Source: Tubiluchus corallicola (lineage: Eukaryota > Animalia > Priapulida). Taken from it: 64,000 nt of DNA. A model generated the notes under the pieces. That model worked only from the letters and a program-made list of their open reading frames with translations. It did no database searches and was not told the origin of the DNA. The stretch covers positions 434,001 through 498,000 of the forward strand of contig JAQGDQ010000117.1 in NCBI GenBank assembly GCA_030141605.1, in the 5' to 3' direction. Position 1 is the stretch's first letter. Every line of letters begins with the position of its first letter. A program made the translations under genes and the position numbers. Positions 11,855 to 23,150 of the stretch are shown here, piece after piece.

Positions 11855-12772
11855 TTTAGTTCGAACTCGATTGGAATCCAAAACTATGGATTCGAATAAT
11901 TCAGCACTTCAATCACACATGTTCTTTATCACTAAAACGATTGAAACATCATGCAATTAGCATAATTTAGCTGTGATATCTGCACACAATTTTAAAGAAA
12001 TTATTAGACGTTTTATTGCAGAACAAAATCTAGTGATATGCATGATCTTTGTAAAACTAATTTTTGCTAGTGGTTCGAAAACTTGTTCGAAAATCTTTCA
12101 ATCTCAATTTGAATTCGAAACATTGAAGTTCGGTTCGATTCGAATTCGAAAGTCACAAATTCGGTTCGATTCGAATTCGCTTTCTGGTAGAGAATGCTCA
12201 CCCCTACTAATTAGAAATGCTTTTTGTCTAATGTCGGCACCACGTTTTATGAATGTTTTAGCTCTTTTGTTTCCAATTTTAATGTTAGGGTTAATAAGCA
12301 CGCTTAATTATGGCATTAAATGCAGTGGCGGCTCGTGTATAGGTACTGTGGTACTGCAGCACCCCCTGTTTTCCCTCATTATTATCGGTAATATTAAATA
12401 TAATAAGTCTTTTTTCTTTAGTTCTTTCTCTATACTTGTGCAGAACTGGAGCACATGATGGTAGTACAATTTGCTTTTCAGCCAAGCAATGCAGTGTTTG
12501 GTAGTTGTGCGCATGCGGCCATAATGGCTGCGTCCATAGCGCATGTAAACAAAATTGAAATTCCTATGATTATATTTTTTAGAGAATATTACAGTGCTAA
12601 TTGTATGCTGTTTTAGACATTTTAATGATAAAGAACATATGTGGCTGAAGTAACAAATTATTCGAAACTGTAATTTTAGGTTCGAATCGAAATCAAACTA
12701 AAAAAACTCGTTCAAATTGAATTCGAATTTGTTTCAAACGTTCGAACTCGAATGTTTGATGCTTATCCCTAC
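11855..12772. mobile_element. One or two degraded non-autonomous DNA transposons with TTCGA(A) subterminal arrays (hAT-like)
   Basis: Dense ttcgaa/ttcgattcgaattcg clusters at 11859-11900, 12074-12180 and 12660-12752; terminal-like motifs atgctcacccta (~12195), tagggttaataagca (~12286) and atgcttatcccta (~12759). Confidence 0.5.
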
Positions 12773-12865
12773 CCATCATGACCATGGCACCATGTTTTGC
12801 CTAGCTGTGTACTATGGCACCATAGGCATTATAATCTGCCCAAGGTACATGCTGCTGACTGTGGA

Positions 12866-13272
12866 CAGCGGCGGATTATGATTTTATGGGCCTTAGGCTT
12901 GAACTTGGAACGGGCCTTTTAAATGTTGCTACACTGCTGAGCTGACGTGTTTTTGTGGAGCTCTCGTCGAAATTATAACTGACTTTGCCCCCAGAAAAAT
13001 TCGGAAACTGAAATTTTGAACTTAAACTGTGTAAACGTGAATTGTGTAAACTTAAATTGTGTAAACTTGAATTGTGTAAACCCGATTTGAAATATAGTGA
13101 CTGACTTTTGAAAAAAAACTTTTTTCTATATTTTATCTTGGCGGGCCCCTTGCTCTTTTGTCAATTTATTTTTTTTACAAAAAAATTTTTTTTCGTTTTA
13201 TTTTGCCGGGGCCCCTTTTGATCCCGGGCCTTAGGCTTCAGCCTATTCAGCCTATAGGGCTATCCGCTACAG
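12866..13272 (-). mobile_element. hAT-type MITE, copy 2 (inverted relative to copy 1), with an internal ~15-bp tandem repeat
   Basis: cagcggcggattatgattttatgggccttaggc... is the reverse complement of the copy 1 right end; ends ...atccgctacag; internal (aattgtgtaaactt)n at 13021-13081. Confidence 0.75.
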
Positions 13273-13684
13273 CTGAGGTACCTTCCACTGTGGTATACTC
13301 TGCTGAGTTACACTCCTCCGACATGCACTCTACTGCAATATAAGTTTTCACGGACTCCACGTACGACGTATGTACACCTGTGTGTTCCGTCATTGTATAC
13401 TTTGCTAATGCACACTCTGACATGGTAAACTCTACCGACGCTTACTCTGCAACGATGCGCGACAAGTCGGTAAGCGGCGCCGCGGTACACGGCGATCATA
13501 AACAGTGAAATATACGCACGAAGTGGACACGTAATTATTGTAACACCGTACTCCTGGAGGTGTGTGCTGTGGCATGCAACATGGTCTGTGTGACTTGCTG
13601 TAATTTACTTCACAAACGGTGCGCCCGATATTGTCTGCCTACACTACAACATGCCATTATAATATTCTCGGTTAGCTTTTAACT

Positions 13685-16100
13685 ATGGATGATGAAATTG
13701 TAAATTTGGTGTGTTTGTGTTTTACATTATTGTCACTTGTCAGTAATCAGTACTATATCGACCTGAATGATGCTATCGCCACAGCGGCCAGAAACAAAGC
13801 TGGCTAGCAATAAAAATTAGTTTTTCCTGTTGTTCTTATATTGTTTTGGCAGTTTTTAATTCTTTCTATCACGTTCGTAAACCGATTGAGTTATTAACTG
13901 CTGGTATTATACTGTAATCATATGTTTATCTAACTCTGTATCACCTTGATGTTGGCATGCTGAATTGGGTCAGCAAGTCTTTCTCAAATTATAGAGAAAT
14001 TTTGCAAGGTGACAGCTTTTGCCTTTGATATTTATTTTGACAGTCGAGCTTATCGTGGGCTACTGGTGCAACAGAATGTCTGATGGTGTAGTTGTTAAAC
14101 TTCCGATATTTAATTCTGCAGGACTTGCTCCGGTGGGATAACATCTTTTCATTTTATAGGCTGAAGAAGCCCATAATGACAAAGGCTGGTATCACTGTCC
14201 AGTCACAAGTTTCACCCGCGATGGTAAAACTATTCTGACTTTCAAAAATGGTCATCTAAATTAGCATACAAAGCGTTCTAACCGACCGAACCGCAACGAA
14301 ATTCCATTCAATCTGAAACCAGCAATCTGATGTAAAATTTTTGAATCACCAGCAATTAACACACTAGTACATGTTGATGACCTTACCATTTTAAACCGAG
14401 ACCATAAGAGTCATCATATCCTACTCCAGGATCTTGATTAAAAACAATTCTGAGAATGGTTTTCAAATATGCCCAGTGAAATGTTCCTACCTGGTGACAC
14501 AAGAAAGACAAGTACAAAAAGAAATAAAAATAAAAATTGGTGATGTTATCAGCAATATCTGGCAGGACACCATCAATAAATTTCAGCAAACCAGTTAAAT
14601 AAACTCCAAAGGAATTGAATCAACTGTGAAAAAGAAATGGGTAAATCTGACACTTGGTAGTATTTTAGCAGTTATTTGCCAAATTCTGAATCTTCCCTAT
14701 CATCTCCCCATGGAAAGATGGGAAAAAACCAAACCTCGCCCCCAGTGTAGTGCATGTAATTAAGTAAACTATTATTCGTGCTGTATCTGGTGCATTATTG
14801 TTAAATGAAAATGATCAGTTCCTCATTAGCAGCACATCAGTAGTTTTTTCCGAGTTGTCAAAGATGTGGGGAGCACTTCTAGATGATCTATATACCGAGT
14901 CTGACGCTGTGGATTCATCGGAAGCACTAAGCAGTAAAGTGCAAAGCCAAGGTTAAATTCCAAGAACCTCAAAATCAGTTATGGACCAATAAATACAGCC
15001 ACTTGAGTCAAAAGAACATCAAAGACGGCAGAGATCATGAAAAATCGGCTATATTTTTAGTGTCTTAAGTAGCCAAATGACTACAGTAGCCAAATAGAAG
15101 AGCTCTATTTCCACACAAAAACACTTGCTAGACTTGTGGTTGCCACTCAGTAAAGGCCTAGCAAGCTTGTGTGTCTTTGGGCCTAAATTTTATGATACCG
15201 TTGTTTAACTTATTACTTAATATTATTTAAGACAAAAGAGCCACCTACCCAAGTTGGCAGCCAGTGGCCATAGTCCTGTCAGTTGTCTGTCAACAAGGTG
15301 TTGCACAGCTGTCAAGGGTTGCCACACTATAGCCATTTTTCCACACCCATGTCGGTACCAAACTGAATATATGGGATAAAGGTATCGATATGATTAAACT
15401 TAGTAAGCCATATCTCTCGAAGGAAGCTTTTTTGAATCACATGATTAACTCCTGCCCTGCCCGGTCTATAGGCCAATAAATCTACAAAGGCCAAAATCTA
15501 ATGGAGTAATGGAGAGAAAAATTTAACTTGTTAAAAGTAATAGGGATAATAACATAGCAGAAAAATTTTACTTGTGGACTGTACTAGTGGCAAAGTGAAA
15601 CACTTTTTCTAAAGGGATAAGGTAATAACTTATAAAAGATTTACAAAATAATTATACTATTGGTGAACCGTACCACTGATGAATCGTACTAGTGGCAAAC
15701 CGTAAAAGTGGTGAACCATGCTAATGGCATATCGTACTAGTTGTGTAATGTAGTAGTGGCAAACCATAGTAGTGGTGAATCGTACCACTGGCATACCATA
15801 TTAGTGGCAAACCGTACTACTTGAGAACTGTACTAGTGGCAAAGTATGCACTGGCAAAGTGACATACAGTCTTGTTGAGATCCCATCACCACAACTCTTC
15901 CACATATAGCATATAGTGACACCATACATTGCTAGCAAGTCTTTTGGTACTTTTTCAGTACAAACTAATGAACTATACCAAGCTATGTAGACAAGTCTTT
16001 CAAATTGACATTAACACTTCCTTGCAAAATAATATGAATTGTCATTTCTGAATTTACAGGCTTTTGTGTCGTGTGCAACAAGTTGATAAATGATGGATGA
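13685..16100 (+). CDS. Putative small orphan protein (81-134 aa depending on model), upstream of and overlapping the tryptophanase-like start
   Basis: Exon chain 13685-13710, 13744-13802, 13853-13903, [13934-14008], 14044-14132, 14160-14223, 16060-16100 stays in one frame: MDDEIVNLVNQYYIDLNDAIATAARNKAVFNSFYHVRKPIELLTA[ALYHLDVGMLNWVSKSFSNYREILQ]VELIVGYWCNRMSDGVVVKLPIFNSAGLAPAEEAHNDKGWYHCPVTSFTRDGFCVVCNKLINDG*. Good Kozak context (actATGg). The full model needs one weak GC donor and, for the bracketed exon, an AA acceptor; an all-GT-AG model from ATG 13957 gives 81 aa. Confidence 0.45.
15578..15862. repeat. Degenerate ~21-bp tandem repeat (ccgtactagtggcaaa-like), probably TE-derived
   Basis: About 9-10 copies of gtactagtggcaaa/gtaccactgg variants. 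Confidence 0.75.
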
Positions 16101-18358
16101 GATAATTTCAAATTATGGCATAGTCTTTGAACCTTACACAATCAAAACGGTTTCACCAATGAAATTCTGCACTCGTGCAGAAAGGCTGCAGAAGCTCCAT
16201 GATGCAGGATATAACACGATGGCTTTGTCAGCTAATGATGTACTCATAGATCTCTTCTCAGACTCAGGAACAGCGGCAATAACATTAGAACAGTCTGCTG
16301 CTACAGTGAGAGGTAAAATATTGATATGGCTTTGGATAATATTTTAGTCACATTTCAGAAGTACAAGCTGAACGTTTTTTATTATTTCTATTGGTTGCGT
16401 TTCTGAAAAGTTTCACATTTGCAAACATGTAGTTTCATAGTTACCAACATTTCTGGTTGCTGATTTTATTTAAAACTGCTAAGTCAAAAAGAGTTCATCT
16501 GTATCAAAAAAAATTTATAAGCATAGGTATTTTGTATGTGCATTTTTGTATAAACAATGTGTGTTGTTTTTTCAAATTCAAATAAGGTGTTATTAGTAAT
16601 TTAACTTGCAAAAGAAGATAATATGGAAAGATTTAAAGGCCTGTATAACCCAACAGATACTGACGTTTTTAACGCATTATTATGATTACTCAAAGAAATC
16701 ATAGTTATTTTTAAACAAAAGAGACTTACAAATCAAATAACTTAACTTTTTCTGGCAAATTTTGAACGTGTGCATTGCCGTGAAGATCGCCAATGTTTCA
16801 CGTCTTTGGTGCAAATGACCAAGAATGATGTACGAGATACAGAAAACATCTTTGGTTACCGATGTTTATTTACTTATCTTTGGTGCCCCATACTCTTAAC
16901 ACTTTTCATCTCGCGCTACAAAATATGGCAGTTCTTCAGATTTAATACCGCTAACAATGAAGTGGTAAAAAATCAAAAGAAACAAGTTTTACAGTAAATT
17001 TGTAATAAAATAAATTGAATATTCATAATGAGAGTAGGATATTATGTTGTAAAGCTTATATTATAATTAGTTTGACTTTAAATGTTTAGTGGTAACTGAG
17101 GCAAAATTTGCCATTTGGGTCTAGTTTGCCACTTTGGTCTCATATGATTTACTCTTTGTACTAATACTAATTTTCCTTTCATATTTGGCACCCAGGTGAC
17201 GATGGCTTTACTGGTTCAGCAAGCTGGCATGCTCTAGAAGAAACTATTCTTAAGATCACAGGATACCAGTTTGCACTTCCTATTCATCATGGTCGACAAG
17301 GTGAACGACTTCTGTACAGCCAATTTCTCAAACCTGGTTCTCTTGTCATTAGTAACAGTTGCCACCATGTAACTAGGCAATTTCTGAAAGATGTTGCAGA
17401 AGACATGGTTATAGAGCTGCCTCAATATCCCTTGGGTAAAAGTGTGTACGGTACCGAGAGCTTTCAAGGTAATTTGGACATAACTGAGTTACAGCAGATA
17501 TTAGCGGATCGTCGAAAGAAAGTCGGTGCTGTCATTTTGACGCTCACTGCAATTAGACTCTGCACGCAACCTGTTAGTTTGGAAAATATCAGACAGGTGG
17601 CAGCAGTATGTCACTCATATCATGTGCCAGTTGTACTAGATGCTTCACGATTTGTGGAAAATGCTTGGTTTATTCAGACAAGAGAAGATGACTGTGCGCA
17701 CAAAAGCATTTCAACTATTGCGAGAGAAATGTTCTTTTATGGAGATGCATGTATTGTGTCTGCTGAAAACTGTTTTGCAACAACTGGTGGTTTCATTGCC
17801 ATCAAAAATAGTAGAACGCTGTATGAGACTTTACAGCAAGTGCTGTACCTGACTGAAGGGTCAAAGCGACCTGGCATGAGTGGAAGAGACATGTCCATAT
17901 TTAATTTGGGTCTGCTAGATTCAATGAATGATGACATGATTCGGCACAAGATGAATCAACTGAAAATCTTCGAAAATCACCTTTCGCAGTCAGAAGTACC
18001 AGTAATAAGAGGTTGTCATATATTTATAGATGCTGGCTCCATCTTGCACCACATACCTGAAATTTCTTATCCGGCTTTAGCATTTACAAATGCCCTTTAC
18101 ATTGAGGGTGGTATTCGTGGTATGGAATTAGGGAGGGTATTACACGGAGACCATTACCGCGGGCCAGACTTGGTTAGACTTAGCCTCCCAGCAAGAGTTT
18201 ATACCGACAAGCACTTAGAATACGTTGCTGAAGTTATTCGTAAAATAGTTCAAAAGCAACATTTACTGTGTGGATACAAAGTTGTTGAAGAGCGTCCACT
18301 TATGCGCCACATAAATGGCAAGTTTATGCCTTTAAAACCTGTTGAGTGTGATTCTTGA
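16090..18358 (+). CDS. tnaA: Tryptophanase/tyrosine phenol-lyase (beta-eliminating lyase) homologue, ~461 aa, probably catalytically inactive. Exons 16090-16312 and 17196-18358
   Basis: EPYTIKTV...ERLQKLHDAGYNT...IDLFSDSGT, HHGRQGE, FQGNLD, QPVSLENIR, LDASRFVENAWFI, GRDM, LYIEGGIRGMELG, VRLSLPARVYT and MRHINGKF are collinear with bacterial TnaA/TPL. Phase-1 GT-AG intron 16313-17195 (AG|gtaaaa ... cccag|GT). Confidence 0.9.
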
Positions 18359-19556
18359 TTCAGCGCTGAGCTTGTACCTGAAAAACTTTTTGCAATGTGT
18401 TATTTGTTTGTTTGAACTTGCTGCTTTTAACCAGTTACATCAAAATACTATGAAATTCTTAGATGAATGTTTGCAAAGTTTTTCACTAGCACACTAAGAT
18501 TTAGTTTGCAGTTTGTGTATAGTTTATACTTGTGTATTGTAATTAGCGTAATATTCATAATATTGTTTTTTATTGTTTTCTGTTTTAAGCTTGTTGTGGC
18601 ATTAGTTAAAGGCTAGTAGGTTAATGACTGTTAAAAGTGTGCTTCAGCGTTGATACTCTCTCTCAATTTTTTTAAGTAGACTTTTATAGTTAGTATAGTA
18701 TTGACTTGAGTAGCACATCTTGAGCAGTGGCAAGTTGACCTACAATGGAGAATTTGTTTATTGAGTTTTATTTCACGAGCATTTGAGTAGAGATTGTTAG
18801 AGGCTATTTTGCTTATTGTTGTTTTTTACACGGATGCTGAACTTCGTTTGAGTGTGCCTTATTGGAGTGGTGATGAGTAAATGAGCATAATGACCATGCT
18901 GATTACCTAAATCAGTGTTTTGGTTATAATTTTACTAATTTAATCTGTCCGGGCCTTCTAATCGTCTAATTACCCACCTCTATCTAAGTACACACAAATG
19001 TGTGCAGGGCTTTATTATAAAAATGCAAATGAATCATATGTTGTGGTCATATGTGCAATAACACGAAACACTTTTCTGTATTTTTTTGTTTTACTACCTT
19101 CATAGATTATAGATTATGCAAAAAGATCCAAGGATTTATGCATGAATAAATATTCATAAGTTGCAGTCAGTGCAGAGATTGATTAATTAGTTATTAGTTA
19201 ATTTTTGTGGAGTAATCAAATACATCCAACATTTAAAATGTACTGTGGTTAGGCCAAGGTAACCGATTAGCCTATGTATGTAATGCTACTAATACTGCAT
19301 ACAGACTAAGATCTATTGTTTGTATAATTATTCATTTCTTGTTCTTATACATACACTCTAAATATTATATATATATATATATTTTATACTTGTTATATTG
19401 CTCACTTAAACATAAATTTTGAAATAAATAAGTTTGAAACAAATTAATTACTTCATACACTTTTATTTGATATAGAGCATTTCATGAACATATATTTGTA
19501 CATGAAAGTCGTTTTGGCATGTTTTTTTTAATTATAATAAGCTTCCATGAATAAAC

Positions 19557-20000
19557 TTACCCCATGACACAAATAATGATGACAAGAACAGTATAAGTGA
19601 ATTCCACAATGGAAAACAAAGAAGAAAATAAGAAAAACAGCATTTCAAACTGCCACTGCACTTGAGTCCCTTTTCGCTTAATGCAAAATCGTTGTGACAG
19701 TTTGAAAGGTGTTTTTCTCCTTTTCTCTTGTTTTTTAGTATTTTTATTTAAGCTTATTCCGCGTAATGTATATATGCCTATCTAAAATAACAGTAAATAG
19801 TTAAAAAACACTGGTGTATTGTTTTTTAATATGGAACCGCTATGCTTTTTCGTAACATAATTGTAGTCGAAATACATGTAAATGCGAAGTACGTGTAATA
19901 TTAATTTTGCTCGTTTCAACAAGAAGTGCAGACTTAACAATTTATTTAAAACCAGTATATACCGGAAGCCCACGATTTTGTTATTTGAAAACCAGGCCAT
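19557..20000 (-). CDS. Possible small orphan gene convergent with the tryptophanase-like gene, with 30-nt micro-introns
   Basis: One frame is open for ~148 codons apart from a TAG that is the 3' end of a 30-nt GT-AG segment (19811-19782); a second 30-nt GT-AG segment lies at 19962-19933. Hydrophobic C-terminus; minus-strand AATAAA near 19462. No recognisable homology. Confidence 0.3.
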
Positions 20001-20102
20001 GGAGTAGCATACGTAGAGCTGCTTAAGTAGTAGAGTTTCTTAAGTAAGCAATTCTTAAAAAATGATTTTGCGTAATAAAGTCGTAAAGATTTTGAACTAG
20101 AC

Positions 20103-20719
20103 TAGTGGCGTAGCAAGGTGTTTGTGGCACCAGGTGGGCAAAAAACTAGCACCCTGCCTTTTTAATGTTTTGATCATTTGTTTCGTGGGTAAAGCCATAA
20201 ATTGGGCGCGTTTTTCGCGTACCTGGGCTCGAATTTCCGTTTTCGGCATGACGGGATAAAGATAAACGATTTTCTTCCATGAATCACCCGAATTTTATTT
20301 ACGGTACTGCACCAGCATAACTCTTTTATGTGATTAGTTGCGCGTAACACCATAATTTCTAAACATTCAGCTCTAGCATTAAAACATGCAAAGATTATGA
20401 AACATACAGAACACTACAGGTTTTCACAATAATACAATCGGTATTTAGAGAAACACCACTGTTTATCCCAAAATTATCGATTTCCTAAGCCACATGACAC
20501 CTTCCAAGTAACAGCAGTAGCCTTTTTTAGGTTGTATGTAGCAACTAAGTAGCTACGATGGTCTCTGACTAGGAAATTTTGTTGTAATTTGAAAACTTTT
20601 GTTAATGTCGGATCAGTAATTAATAATTAACAGCCACTGAACTGTAGAAGAACTTTGGGCCCTCTCACCCTTGCTTCCGGGGCCGATTCCCCCCCCCCCC
20701 CCATCTTGCTACGCCTCTG
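20103..20719. mobile_element. hAT-type MITE
   Basis: TIRs tagtggcgtagcaag ... cttgctacgcctctg; the 8-mer ttttgaac occurs on both sides (20090-20097 and 20720-20727). Confidence 0.65.
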
Positions 20720-22049
20720 TTTTGAACTTGTCAGTATAAAAACTTTCAGTATAACTTGTCGCTGTAACAGAAAATGCAAGAACAAGAACATAAAATATAA
20801 TGTTTCTGTGCTTATTTCAAATTTTCAACGGAAAATCGTCTGAAAGTATGCGTAATGTCAATAATGAATTGAGTTTCAGTTTCATAATCTGCATGCGACA
20901 TTTAAACATAACAGTTCATCACAAAGCATAGTTATGCTTCCAGTCGGGAAAACAATTATAAGACCAATCACGTCGCACATGCTTATATGGAATTAACATA
21001 TTTCAGATTAACCTAATTACTTTTTTGCTTGTATTTAAAATGTCTGAAACAGGCAGAAAGGGACAAACTGGGAAATGCTGGCAGGAAAAGAGTTTAAGCT
21101 CAACACGGCAGGGTGATGCATTTAGGCAGGGAGTAAAAGTTTTGCTGACGAAAAAATTGTCGTTAAGTTATTCACGTTATTAAAATTGTTAAAAGCTTGA
21201 CGATTATAATTTCTATACAGTAGCACAAAAAAGGTTTACATATACATGTACGACTATGTCGCGGCTAAATTAGGGTCGTTAGGCACCTCATACCTAGCCG
21301 ATATGCGGTAAAATTTGAGCAGCCGAAATTATCATTGCTGTAACGCAGAGAGAGAATGATCGAGTTTCGATATGCATGCTCAATGTCTACAACGCAGCAA
21401 GCCAGTGCCTGGCAAATTTGCTTTTTTATGAAATTAATTTAAATTTTAATTAAACTAGCGTATATTATTTCAGTAATAGTTTAAAAATAGGTCGACATAC
21501 ACATTGCAAAGACACATACTTTGTTAATTGGTACATGGGCAACAATGGATAGCTCGATACCTACTACTAGAGCCATAATTGTAAATTAAATTTAATTTAA
21601 CATGGTTTAAAATTTCGCAGCAATTATCTTCCAGAAAAAAGTAAATAGGTGTGACACTACTGCTACCATATATTTGTTCATAAAGATATGAACTATAAAG
21701 TACTGTATTATATAAAACATCTCACTTTTTGGTAGCGCATGTTTTCACGTACTGGTTTCTAAATTTTACTTATACATACCGTATATTATATATGCAGTAT
21801 TATTTTATAGAGAATTCCAGATCAATTTCAATCTTTCTTTAGTCGAAAGCATACACACATATCTTTTTAATATGTTTAGAGAAAGCCAAAAAAACACGTT
21901 GCAACATCGTCAGCGTATGATCTTGTGGACGGAGCCAGTGCTAATTCGTAGTATCACTGAAACGAGACTCCAGATTGTGTCTTTTACCGATTAAAAAACG
22001 GTTTTTCGTGCTCCACCGTTCCGCAGGGGTACATTATTAAATTAATAAT

Positions 22050-23150
22050 AATAAATCTTTATTCAAGAAATGAACGTATATACAAAAAGGTGGGTCTTTT
22101 TGAAGGCTCAGATCAACAATTTACATTTTCATATAACAAATCTTTTTTAAATATTTCCAGTTTCACACTATGTACAACGAATAACATATTATACTTAAAT
22201 TTGACTTAATTTCAAATGATTCACAAGTATTATACACATGGATTAACTTTATACACATAGATAATATATTTTTGTATACTCGAGCGGGCCTAAATTAACA
22301 ATTATTTAGTATAAAACTATCTCTGATCAGGATAGTAAAAGCCATTATTAAATTTTTATCAGATTGAAGCATAATATTACGTGCATAATTGGCATCAGCT
22401 ATTTCTATGAAACGCATTATTTTTGTATTATCTGCTTTACACATAAACTAGTATGACACATATTAAGTCTATACAGAAAGCTATTAAAATTCCCCTGGCC
22501 AGTTAAAAAAGACATGACAATGGATTCTATTTTCCTTTCATTATTTCCAAGCGGCAAGATCAATGGTTTACATTTTATATTCTGCATTTCAACATTTTCT
22601 CCTCGAAGTTGCATAACATGCCTATATTTATTTGTCCAGGTACAAGAAACATAATCTATAATTTGACGTTTAGTATACTTTAACATATTTTCAGGAACTT
22701 CTTCAAGATCTGTAATACGGAAGTTTTCGTTCCAAGTTACAAATTTTAAAAAGTGTCTCACAGTCTGCGCATGTGTATACATAATATTTTTATAAATATG
22801 CCTTCCTCTCAGACTTACTGCAGAATCTTTTGTTTAACTAATTCATCAGCATTCTGACATAACGTCTTGAGACATGATTTAACAACGATTACATTTAATT
22901 CAATGTCTAACGGTGGAAGACCACAAAGTATTTCCAATTTAGTTCGATCTGATTTAAAAAGAAAAGGGGTACATTGCGATCAGTTCTGGAGTGCATAGCG
23001 ATTTTGTCAGGCGATGATGTACTGAAGCTGACTGCGAGTTGTTGTGAACGTTGTTCAAACTTGTGGTGCCAAGTAAGTCAAATGGAGCCATCCTATGATT
23101 ATTAAAAACATTGTGATATTTAAAGGAAGTCTTAATTGTGGATGTTTACT
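22050..23150 (-). mobile_element. Non-LTR retrotransposon 3' fragment (R1/LOA/I-like ORF2 C-terminus), degraded
   Basis: Minus-strand CGLPPLDIEL (~22930-22900) and SFLTGQGNFNSFLYRLNMCHTSLC, resembling the LTGHG...CCHC region of these clades; AATAAA and A/T tail near 22060. Confidence 0.6.

Noticed and set aside
12074-12752. TTCGAA arrays as heat-shock elements
   Set aside because: Spacing does not fit nGAAnnTTCn; the pattern and terminal motifs fit DNA transposon subterminal repeats.
16090-18358. Tryptophanase as bacterial contamination
   Set aside because: It has a GT-AG intron, host-like composition and contiguous animal genes.
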